Assembly: GCF_000002075.1 (NCBI RefSeq)
Contig: NW_004797357.1
Span: forward strand, 1,053,723-1,117,722
Reading direction: 5' to 3'
Length of the DNA stretch: 64,000 bases
Source of the DNA: Aplysia californica
Taxonomy: Eukaryota
The position numbers and the translations under genes were made by a program. Below, piece after piece: positions 23,848 to 34,330 of this stretch (the first letter of the stretch is position 1; each line of letters begins with the position of its first letter). The notes beneath the pieces are model-generated. The model ran no database searches. It was not told the origin of the DNA and saw only the letters and a list, made by a program, of their open reading frames with translations.

Positions 23848-25263
23848 TACTGAGGCAAAGTTTCATGATAATTGTGGTAGCATCGTGGTACGACGGCCTT
23901 CAACTCCAGTAGATGTTTATACTGGTTGGCAGTTATCTTCAATCTGTCTTTGCAGAAAGGTCCAGCAGTAACCGTCGTACACATGGTGTTCAGCTTTCTT
24001 GGTCCTTGCAGCGCCTTCCATCCATCATCAAAGTTCAGCTTATACTGAATTTTAAAGACTGGAGTGTACTTTGATGCCTGCAAGTCAGTGATAGAAGGAT
24101 CGCCTGCTTTTCTCCCTGGACGGATTGTTTAGTGCTCTCCGACCTTTGCAAAATCTTTGAAAAAGCTGTGGTCCAGGTACATAACTTCATAGGGCCTGGG
24201 GATGCGTCTGGCTTTGAGCATGATGTTCACGTAGTCCGCTGGGATGTACATCAGGCCGTTTTTTAGCGATCACTCAATAGTGCCATTGACTGAATCCACT
24301 TCCATTTGGGTATGGCCCTTGGGGAGAATTTCTGCTTAACTGTGATGTCAAGCTCTTTGGCCAGCGAGGCCATTGCACTCAACAGGGTGGCTTTCTGTTT
24401 TAGTAGTTGCACCAATCACTGCAGATGATGAGGTGGTTGAAGTCAGTCACTTGCAATATCAGTTAGTGAGTCAGACATGATGAAAACTGTTGAAGCCAAG
24501 ACCAACTTCACTTTCATACCAGACATATCATCTGGCGTCTCTGGTGGCAAGATCCTAAGTCGTAACATTGTGTACAGCCAGTTTTGTTTTATATAAAGTG
24601 GAAGTCTTTAGGGATGGGGCCAGAAGGACGCACTGGATCTCCATACAAAGGACACACACAGCCTCCCTGTCCGTCTCCTTCTCTGGTCTAGCTGCAGCTT
24701 TCCTCATATTCATATTTGAGCTGTGTGTTCTGTTTCTGTGAGGTTTCCAGATTTGAACTTTGTACAAATGTCGCACTGGTCTTTCTTGGTTGAAAGTAAA
24801 CCCACATTGTTTTTCTTGAACTTTTGGTAGAACACTTGATAGATCAATGTGGCTTTCACCCTCTCTGCAAAATTCTCCATGTATACTTGATGCAGATCTG
24901 ACGTTTTCTGGATTGTCATCTGTAGACAGCAGGATATCTTCGAAAGTTTGTCAAAAAATTCCTCTTTATGGAACAACTTGTCATCCTTGGCTCTCTCATG
25001 GTGGGCGTGATGTCTTCTAGGGGCTCTTGTTTGTTTGTTTTTTCGGAGAAGACACTTTAGATAAACCAGTGGGTCAGGCCTGTGGTGTTCTTGAAGATTG
25101 TTTTACAAACAGGTATTCTTTGGTGGTATTGAAGGCTGTAATTTCTTCTTGGGTTTTCCCTTGCTGTGTAAGATCTCTTTTTGTCTATCCTGTTTATCGT
25201 GGCATATACATAGGCTCTCTTTTCTTTCCAAGAGAGTGACCAGTGATGTCATTGCATTTTGTA
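23848..25263 (-). mobile_element. Decayed Sola1-type (DDD) transposase in an SLC25A16 intron
   Basis: - strand fragments KKDQCDIC; EIQCVLLAP..LYKTKLAVHNVT; IICSDWCNY*NR; KGHTQMEVDSVNGTIE*SLK..YIPADYVNIMLKARRIPRPYEVMYLDHSFFKDF...IRPGRKAGDP. The motif order matches Sola1-like transposases. Many stops and frameshifts; the 5' part runs into a gap. Confidence 0.7.
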
Positions 25264-25364
25264 NNNNNNNNNNNNNNNNNNNNNNNNNNNNNNNNNNNNN
25301 NNNNNNNNNNNNNNNNNNNNNNNNNNNNNNNNNNNNNNNNNNNNNNNNNNNNNNNNNNNNNNNA

Positions 25365-25365
25365 C

Positions 25366-25400
<35 letters not shown>

Positions 25401-25440
25401 GAGACAGAGAGAGAGAGAGAAAGAGAGAGAGAGACAGAAA
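25365..25440. repeat. (GA)n / GACA compound microsatellite
   Basis: Direct reading. Confidence 0.95.
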
Positions 25441-25999
25441 GATGTAAAGACAAGTATGTACATTATTATAATTCAGAATTAATAGCAGGTCAATCATTCA
25501 TATGGTCATTTTACTGAAATTTGATCCCCCCTGTCTTGACAGAAACTTACAATGACTCAAAAACTTATTCGTAGTTACAGAACATTGCATAGCTTTCCCA
25601 ACATGCTGTTGCCAAATTGACATCACTGACCAAAGTCATATAACACGACTTAAATTAGGTACAAAAACAAAATCCATTCTTTTTCCAGTATCATATTTAT
25701 AGGAAAAAAACTGTCTGGCTGCATTCAGCTAAAATTATTTAAACAAGGCACAAGTGGACACTTATATGCACAAGTAAGCTCCTCATTTCAGAATTTGTCT
25801 TACACTTAGATGGGAGCATTATTTTCCCAGAGGCGCACAGTGTAAAAACACTCAAAATATTCAATAAATAAATCAATTTCTGAATACAGTTTCCCACTAT
25901 CAAAATGCTATAAAATATGGCCTGTGCAGCCTCCTCCAAAGCTCATAACCTTTTCTACTCTTCTTTTTTTTTTTAACCCCTGAGGGAGCAACAACTCAC

Positions 26000-26162
26000 G
26001 AAATGGTCTGAGCGATGGCCCCAGCAAGACCACCACAGATGAGCTTTGCGGGCAGGATGAGAACGAGCCCCCCAGTGTTTTGAGGACATGGTTTGCCCAG
26101 TAGGTCAGGGAACACGTCCAAGGCCAGATTTTTCAGCATCTCAAAACTGCTGAAGGAAAGAC
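26000..26162 (-). CDS. SLC25A16: SLC25A16 coding exon 6
   Basis: (G)LSFSSFEMLKNLALDVFPDLLGKPCPQNTGGLVLILPAKLICGGLAGAIAQTI(S); donor GTGAGT. Confidence 0.95.
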
Positions 26163-26448
26163 CTGTTGACGCAAGACCAAGACACAGTATAACAGGGAGT
26201 TCATCACATCCTAAAAAGTAAAATTCACATACCCGGAGGCAGGCGAGTGTCATTCTGTACATTTATAGCATCTGTATACAAATAAGATCCTTTTGTCGGC
26301 TGAGGAGCTGATCAGTAACATATCAGACTTGCTAACTTTCCCAAAAACCTATTAGGAACACCCAATATTAATATATAACTCAGATTTTAAAACAACTAAG
26401 ACATTTACATCAAGATGGACTACTATTGGCGTAGTATGTGTGATATAT

Positions 26449-28519
26449 GAGCCATTGCCAACACGTGGGAAAAACACATACATCTCACATTAGCATGCAT
26501 AAAATGTGATGCATTAGTATTTATTCCTCCAAAACTTATACACTTATCAAATATAGGATGTAGAACCTGCATTAGCAGGGTCAGACCACGTGTCACCTTT
26601 ACAATCTTGAGTTTGTAAATTTTGTGCCAAAAATGTTCTTTTTTTTTGTGATTCCTGGACTGTCATTTTGAGCACACCAATGCAAACTTCCAAGAATGTC
26701 CAAAATTTAGTATTTTTGGATTTTTTTTTTTAAACGTGTGCTTAGATCCTATGATATTTGTCATTGAGAAAGGTTCACTAGCTCAAGAAATCGGTTTATT
26801 TGTTTGCAAATAAACTAATAGTTCAGATCACTTGAGCGTTTGTCATGTCGTCATGAACTAGGTGAAAACACCATTATTTTTCAGTAGAATCACCATAGCT
26901 GGTTCAATCTTTTTGCTTTTCGTCGTTTATTCAATACTTCAAAAGCTGTGATGCGTGAAAGGAACATCGGGATTCCTAGATCTACAATTTCGGTCGCCAT
27001 GATCGTCGTCACCTTGCGACGCACCGGAAGTCCGAATTTTTGCCCACTTTTGTTTTGAACGGATCATCAAAAGTGCCCGGATATAATTGTTTTCTCGAGT
27101 GACTTCCCCTTACCCGCATCCCCAGAACAGCGGAAGCAACGGCGGAAAGAGAAAAATGAAAGTAGTCATTGCCGTCAGTGTTCGATGAAGCACAAGAATC
27201 TTACATTGAATGTGACGTACTGGACTGTTTTGCGTGTTTTTAGGCTACCCTGTTGAATATTTTAGTGAAATTGCGGAGTTTACATTGGATTCCTGGAACA
27301 AGAGTGTGATGTGCGAACAAACTTCGAGAGATGGGTCATTTCTGTGGTTATAGATTTAACTTTTGTGCTTAGTGATGACGTTTTGGGTGTCGTCATGCTG
27401 CTGTATTAGACAGACTGACGTACTAGAAATTACATTGTCCTAAGAGCAAACATTTTTTATGTCATGTATGCTCTCTTTACTCAAACAAATAAACAAATAT
27501 GTCCTTGTTTATCTGTCTAACTCAAAAGTACACATTTGTTCTTTGTTGGTATGATATGCCCTTTTCCAATACATTGTGTCATCATTGCTATGTACAAGTA
27601 ATATATGTCATCATTGCTAATTTCAATAAGTTTTCAACATATATTTCATACATGCAAGATTCCTTTAGACTTTAGAAGTAAAATACGCTTTTATTGATCT
27701 GGGTATCTCATAGTGCAAATTTGTTCTTTGTAGGCATGATTTTACCTTTTCCAAGTATGTTTTGTCATCACTGTTATGTCCCAGTACTGTTTGTCATAAT
27801 TAGCAACATAGTAGTGATTGTCAACGGTCTTTGATATGACCTGATATCTGTTTCAAAGCAAAAAAAGAACTCTCCTGGGTTTTTTTTATTCTTTAAGTAC
27901 ACATTTCTCTCTGGAGGCATGACTTTTTCTTTTCCTGTAGATTTGTGTCATCATTGTTATGTACAAGTCATGTTTGTCATCACTGTTATGTACAAGTAAG
28001 CCCCATTGATTTTGTGCTTTTGCCTCATATTAGTTTAAAAATTGTTTTACACATGTGTTTTTCTGGTGCTGAGGCTTTAATAACTGTATTTGTACAGCCT
28101 TTCACTATTGTGATGTGTTGTAAATGATAATGTCCAATGCGTATCCATTCTTGTACATAACAATGATGACATGTTCCGTGCACTGTGCTATTGTTACAAT
28201 GCTTGTCATTCATATTACCATTATGAATGGAGTTCATTGTGTACAAAGTCTTTGTTTACTAAACAAAAGGAATTTAAAGTCTATAATTTGCCTTGCTGCT
28301 TATCTGTTTTTGTCATCACTGTTACACAAAAGATATATACAGTGGTTCCCAAACTAATAGACCCATATCTCCAAAACCCTAAATCTCCTTGCTCTGATAC
28401 TCTTGGAATATGAGCACTAAATGTCAATCTGTGACTGACAGAAAAGGGGGTCAAATCGATAATAAAAATTTTTTTGCACCACTGAGTCTCAAGAGAGTCT
28501 TACGTTTTGGCAATGGCTC
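26449..28519. mobile_element. Non-autonomous Sola-type DNA transposon (~2.07 kb, GAG...CTC termini, ATAT TSD)
   Basis: TIR GAGCCATTGCCAA(C/A)ACGT at both ends; ATAT at 26445-26448 and 28520-28523; internal degenerate ~185-bp repeats at ~27528, ~27717 and ~27897. Confidence 0.75.
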
Positions 28520-28759
28520 ATATACATCCTCAGAGCTCACGGGATGTCCTTTCTACAGACCACTTGCCTTGCAGACAGACGATTGTGTCTCCCCGCGACA
28601 CCCACCGGTATAAGCAGAAGAAAAAAGTAAGTAAGTATGTGATACGATTTATTTCATGAAGAACCTAACCCTAGATCTACACGTATTCAAAGCTTCGGTT
28701 CTCAGGAAATTAGGGGCAGTTGGTGAGCCTGAACTTATCAACCTTTACACCACTCTCAC

Positions 28760-28948
28760 CAGCATAAGGGGCCATGCCAAGGAAGGTGGGCACAATGCCT
28801 TGATACAGCCCTCTGGTGCCACCCTCCAGGTGTCGAATGCTTTTCACAGTGTGCATGACTCCACTGTAAATTGCTTCCCCCTTGACTTGAAACGCCAGAC
28901 GGGCACGTATTATATCCAAAGGGTACGTGATGATGACAGCCGTCAGAC
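28760..28948 (-). CDS. SLC25A16: SLC25A16 coding exon 5
   Basis: (G)LTAVIITYPLDIIRARLAFQVKGEAIYSGVMHTVKSIRHLEGGTRGLYQGIVPTFLGMAPYA(G); second carrier signature. Confidence 0.96.
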
Positions 28949-29859
28949 CTGAAAAAGTATACAAATTCAGAGGATACAAGCAACTTCTTTACCAATGGAC
29001 AACTCCTCTAACAGTATAAATAATAATGCTTACCCAGCATAAAGGAAGGGGAAAAAATTAAAGCAGACAAGGCAAAAACAGAAACTGAAACGAATATTCT
29101 TCTTCACTTCCGCAAGAAAAGTATTGTCAGAAATAGTTATTTTCCGAAGCAAAGCACTAGGAGGATGGGCCACAAGCTCATGTGATATCAAGCTGGACTG
29201 TCAGGCAGATGACCCCAGTTCAAACCTCTTGCTGGCATTCTCTGACTTGGATTGTTTGGAAAGTTAAAAAGAATAGCTCCCCCTTCTAGGTTATGTCCCA
29301 TCTGAGGCAGATGTTAAAATCAGAGGTCTCCCCTCTTTAATAATGACCTCACAATGTTGACAGGGGAATTAATACCATACCACCAGGTCCCCAAAAACAG
29401 AACACAGAGTCACACACAAAAATCTCAAAGAAGGGGAAGAAAAATATAGTCCATAAACAGATTAAATCCTGGATCTATCACCGGCTAATAACATTAAAAA
29501 CCAACTTAGAAACAATTAGCCAGTAAATGTTCACTATGCATAATATCAACAAAGAGAGTCTACAGATATTACTTTATATTCATCTTGTCTTCATTCAGAA
29601 GTTCATAGTACATGCCACAAGGTACCTATTTCCTCACCATTACCAGCCATAAAATACAAAGAGCATAAAGTTAAAAAATCAACATTAATTAGTACTTAGC
29701 ATTAAATTTACTACAATCTGGACAGCCAGTCTATGAATTCAAAACAATTCCAACCACAGGAAAGAAAAATTGAAAACTGACCAAGTATTATTCCATTCTA
29801 CAGAAAGGTTAAATTACCAGGTGCACAAAACCAAAAGATACTTTTGACTCCTCACTTAC

Positions 29860-29929
29860 CGGCTAGGGAGCCACAGATCAGCTTCGTCAGATGTGGAGAG
29901 TGGTGAAGGAATGGCACATTCTTTGCAGC
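29860..29929 (-). CDS. SLC25A16: SLC25A16 coding exon 4
   Basis: AAKNVPFLHHSPHLTKLICGSLA(G); acceptor tttttcactag, donor GTAAGT; phases 0/1 fit the neighbouring exons. Confidence 0.88.
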
Positions 29930-30804
29930 CTAGTGAAAAATAAGCAAAGGCAATTATGAACTGCACTGTCAAGGGAAAGCAATCAATATGTAAACAATGA
30001 AATAAACCCCAGTCATAATTACAAAAATTACATCAAAACTTTGACAAAATATGTAGACCCATATGACTTCAGTTCAGACATGCTGTACATACAAAATAAG
30101 CATGAACATAAAACATCAGTTTGTGTTTCATTCAATTTTTTACATTCCACAAGGTATATATAACTTACTTCAAGCTACGAAGCTGATACTTCTTACTTGA
30201 CTAATTCATTTTAAAAATAAACAAAATAAGTGTCATCAAACTAGAACTTTGGTGAAAACATCAGGGCAAAAAAAAATATTTATTCATTTCTGTTTGTTAA
30301 CATGTCCACTATAATCCTTTTAATTCATTCATCATTCTATTATAATGGCCTTTGACCATATTATTTTACAGTCAGCAAAATACTGCTTTGAGTTCATTAC
30401 AAACAGCACAAAGTACACATAACTACTCAATGTGCACACCATCGAATGATTGTGTTTGTCTGTTATTTGACTGTAAAACTTTGAATTTGCAGAGTATCAA
30501 CTAGTTGACTCGCCGTCAATGAGATGGCCTTCATGCCAGAAAATGATAACCAGCCCCTCGAAAACACTGTATTAATTACAACAAAATACAACCTTTACAA
30601 TGACATTCAAGACATTACATGCCTTTGGCCGACGGCTGCAATGTTTAATAAATCTTAAGTTAGAAATTTTTTTAATTACACATTAAATCACAAAACAAGA
30701 CATTTCCGTCAACAAAAATACAGCAAAGCTGTGATATATATACTGATCAGGAAATAAAAAGGAACTCTCAAAAATATTTTAAAAAGATGGATGTAGAAGC
30801 TTGC

Positions 30805-30938
30805 CTGTTTCAAGTGCTCGTAACTTAAAAACTGAATGGCAGCATAAGGGAAGATCCTCATCATCTGCACCCCATTGCCTTGGTACAATCCCAGGACTCC
30901 CTCTTTCTTGATGACATGTTTCACTGTAGAAAACACCC
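30805..30938 (-). CDS. SLC25A16: SLC25A16 coding exon 3 (GC donor)
   Basis: (G)VFSTVKHVIKKEGVLGLYQGNGVQMMRIFPYAAIQFLSYEHLKQ; ends CAG|GCAAGC, phase 0. Confidence 0.9.
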
Positions 30939-31384
30939 CTGCATGGAAAGGACATCATGATTCTGAGTGGTGGGATCAACAACATTATTTATAACGCGAG
31001 AATGTTTTGTATTAAACACCAGTATTATATTAATTTATTTCATTAAACAAAGCATAGACCCACTCCACACACGCATTTTCATAAAAAATACTAAAAACCG
31101 ATTTATCATTTAAAAAGAAAAAGAACAGTAGGCTAATAACTATAATGGAAAACAGGCACAGGCGCACTGCATCATCAGTATTTAGAAGTCTTCAAATGAT
31201 CAACCTCTTGTATTCAAAAAATAGATCTATATAAAATCAACCATAGTGGTTTTTTAAGTTTTTATAGGGCAAAAACAACTAACTAAACAAGATGCATTAA
31301 GTGCGGTGGTCAAATGATAGATAACTAAGAACCCAGTACCATTAAAGGCCACCCACTTGTATCTTATAACTTTTGCAAGTTTAC

Positions 31385-31477
31385 CTAAGTGTTTGTAATG
31401 TTCATTGTGAACTTGGAGCAAGATCTTGACTCTGTCTAGAGGGGCCACAGCAGTCTTGGCACAGCATCCAGCAATAC
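31385..31477 (-). CDS. SLC25A16: SLC25A16 coding exon 2
   Basis: (G)IAGCCAKTAVAPLDRVKILLQVHNEHYKHL(G), nearly identical to the vertebrate SLC25A16 segment GIAGCCAKTTVAPLDRVKVLLQAHNHHYKHLG. Confidence 0.96.
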
Positions 31478-31871
31478 CTGCAATGACAGAAAGCATGATC
31501 TTCAAAATAGTTGCTGCAACAAATATTGACAAATTCCTGTACTTTATTTCCCCACACACAACAAAAAACAAAGTCAAAATCATCACACAATGCAAAAATT
31601 TACCCTCCTCTTCCAACTGTAGGCTACTCCGACATCCTTCATACAAGCCCCACCGCAAATCTCTACTCCCCCTCCCCAACCACCATTTGGAATGGGTAGT
31701 CCATAATCATAATTTGTTAAATTCCAGAGGTGCAATATACAAAACAACACATCAACTCTTAGAGAGTAATCATAAAAATTGCTTTTAATAAATGTTAAGA
31801 AAAAAGCGTGTATGAAACACTGCACAGACAATAAAAATTATAAAAAGCAAGATAATTGTAGAACAACTCAC

Positions 31872-31950
31872 CTCCAGATATAAAAGTTTTCACAGCCACA
31901 GACGTCTTACTCTGTTGTGGTGTGTCGGCAGCTGGAGCTAACTGCACCAT
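31872..31950 (-). CDS. SLC25A16: SLC25A16 coding exon 1
   Basis: MVQLAPAADTPQQSKTSVAVKTFISG(G); donor GTGAGT; in-frame TAA just upstream of the ATG. Total CDS is 984 nt = 327 aa. Confidence 0.85.
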
Positions 31951-31953
31951 CGT

Positions 31954-32046
31954 TTACTGTAAAGTTTTAGTCTTATAATGTGCATAGAAGAACCAGTTCC
32001 AACAACATGGAAGAAAGATAATGGCCTGGTCAAATGTCGTCTCCAT
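31954..32046 (-). promoter_or_regulatory. Candidate upstream ORF (30 aa) in the SLC25A16 5' leader
   Basis: ATG GAG...CAG TAA encodes METTFDQAIIFLPCCWNWFFYAHYKTKTLQ*, ending 3 nt before the main ATG. It is exonic only if the acceptor at 32090 (ctctttttttcatcag) is used. Confidence 0.4.
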
Positions 32047-32080
32047 GGATGGTAACTGGAAGCCTCTATAAAAACAGTTT

Positions 32081-32292
32081 GATGCAATCCTGATGAAAAA
32101 AAGAGTACAGAAAAGAGTTTACTATTAATACATAATATATGAATGAGCAAATCCTCCCAGATGAAAAGAAAATACACAAAAAAGATCGCAGCTAGCTTTC
32201 ATGAAAGAGCAAACCCTCCCAGATTTAAAAGTACAGAATGAAGATGGATTACACTTTGTAAGAGAGCAATCCTCTCAGATGAAAAAGAGTAG
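32081..32292. repeat. Degenerate ~60-bp tandem repeat (about 4 units)
   Basis: GAGCAA(A)TCCTCCCAGATGAAAA-like cores at ~32081, 32145, 32207 and 32264. Confidence 0.7.
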
Positions 32293-33585
32293 TCTCCGCC
32301 AAAGATCCTTGGTGCCCAGGAGCAAGAAAATGCGGGATAAGAGGCAAATGGAAACTTAGCCGACGCACCAAGGGAAAAAGAGGCCCTCTATAGTGATCCA
32401 TGTTCAGGCCCACAACCAGTAAAATGGTGTGTATTATATAAATATGGTCTCGGTAAGATTGAAGAATACCGGACCAGTGGACTGACTTTGCCTGTCTCAG
32501 CCTTAGGAATTCATAATTTCCCCGTTTTTAATATCTCTCAATGGTGAATCTCGGACCGGTAGATCTAGTCNNNNNNNNNNNNNNNNNNNNNNNNNNNNNN
32601 NNNNNNNNNNNNNNNNNNNNNNNNNNNNNNNNNNNNNNNNNNNNNNNNNNNNNNNNNNNNNNNNNNNNNNNNNNNNNNNNNNNNNNNNNNNNNNNNNNNN
32701 NNNNNNNNNNNNNNNNNNNNNNNNNNNNNNNNNNNNNNNNNNNNNNNNNNNNNNNNNNNNNNNNNNNNNNNNNNNNNNNNNNNNNNNNNNNNNNNNNNNN
32801 NNNNNNNNNNNNNNNNNNNNNNNNNNNNNNNNNNNNNNNNNNNNNNNNNNNNNNNNNNNNNNNNNNNNNNNNNNNNNNNNNNNNNNNNNNNNNNNNNNNN
32901 NNNNNNNNNNNNNNNNNNNNNNNNNNNNNNNNNNNNNNNNNNNNNNNNNNNNNNNNNNNNNNNNNNNNNNNNNNNNNNNNNNNNNNNNNNNNNNNNNNNN
33001 NNNNNNNNNNNNNNNNNNNNNNNNNNNNNNNNNNNNNNNNNNNNNNNNNNNNNNNNNNNNNNNNNNNNNNNNNNNNNNNNNNNNNNNNNNNNNNNNNNNN
33101 NNNNNNNNNNNNNTTGACGTAGATCTACGTAATGAATTGTGCGCTGGTCAATGAAATCAAAAGTTGCCGTATGCTCAGCTCTACATAGCAACACAACTTT
33201 TTCTTGGTAAACAATCGAGATGACACAGGCTTGTGTATTTGAACGAATCCGTCTTTTTTTTTTTTTACACAGCTCATAATATGCAGGTGCCAGGTGGTCT
33301 GCTAATCTTCAATTTTACCTTTTTCTACAACAAAGAAAGAGGGAAACATGGGGGGGGGGCGTATTAATGAGGCGGCAGGCATCGGAGGCAGAAAAGGTGT
33401 GGGGGGGAAACTAAAAAATGGCGAAGAATTGGAAGCACTGAACGTTAGATCTAGATCTAGATCTATAGAACAAAGACACTTCCTTCTTTCCGGACCCGAG
33501 TCCGAATAACATTTTTTCATATTCGGACTCGAGTCCGAATAACGACGGCCATTCTTCAATCTTCCCATGGTCTCCCTCCTCTCTA

Positions 33586-34022
33586 TAGATCTAGATTTCT
33601 AGAATCTAGATCTAGATCTAGATCTAAATCTAGAATCTAGAATCTATCATCACCCTATCATCTAGATCTAGATTCTAGAGATCTAGATCGATCTAGATCT
33701 AGATCTAGAAAAAATAAAAAATCTAGATAGATCTAGACTAGAGATCATCTAGATTTCTAGATCTAGATCTAGATCTAGATTCTAGTTGAAGTTGAATCAT
33801 CAATGATCGCAAATGTTCACTCTTGGTTTGATCACTTCACAGAGAAGACAGAGACAAGAGAGAAGACTTCCTTAAAAATAAAAAAACTTGATCACTTACC
33901 TTGCAAATATAATATGTCTCTAATCTAGATCTAGATCTAGATCTAGATTAGATCTAGAATCTAGAGTCTATAATATTTAGATCTAGAATTAGATATATAG
34001 ATCAAGATACCTAGATCTAGAT
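33586..34022. repeat. (AGATCT)n / TCTAGA degenerate palindromic hexamer array
   Basis: Dozens of AGATCT/TCTAGA units. Smaller clusters lie at ~16360-16590, 33445, 34410, 37970, 38375 and 62586. Confidence 0.92.
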
Positions 34023-34330
34023 TTATGACCATAAAACAGGATCTAAACTTGTCATAAATAATTCTTCAGTCTATCCTAAACAAGGAAGTTGTGGTTATGA
34101 TTCATAGCGAAAGGATCAGCTGTGCAACACTCACTGCTGACTGGTAGAAAGGGCCCAAGGGCTATGATAGAGACTTGCCTAGGCCTAGAGAGTAGAGAGT
34201 CAATCTGATCTGAGGGCGGACAGCAGGGTGGCCTCATTCATCGCAAAGTCGCAAACGGGAAGGGACATAACCCTTGTGGCGTGATAGCTCTTCTATGCGG
34301 GGTGAGCACCAATCTCCGTCTTCTTCGCTT
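33894..34330 (-). promoter_or_regulatory. Putative non-coding first exon and promoter of SLC25A16
   Basis: Consensus donor AAG|GTAAGT at 33899-33894 on the - strand; ETS-like ACTTCCT at ~34083-34089; GGGCGG at ~34214; locally CpG-richer. Confidence 0.4.

Noticed and set aside
32541-33194. Long ORFs spanning N-runs or microsatellites (also 7074, 22870, 25098, 35817, 37595, 39628, 40133, 62802)
   Set aside because: Artefacts of assembly gaps or simple repeats.
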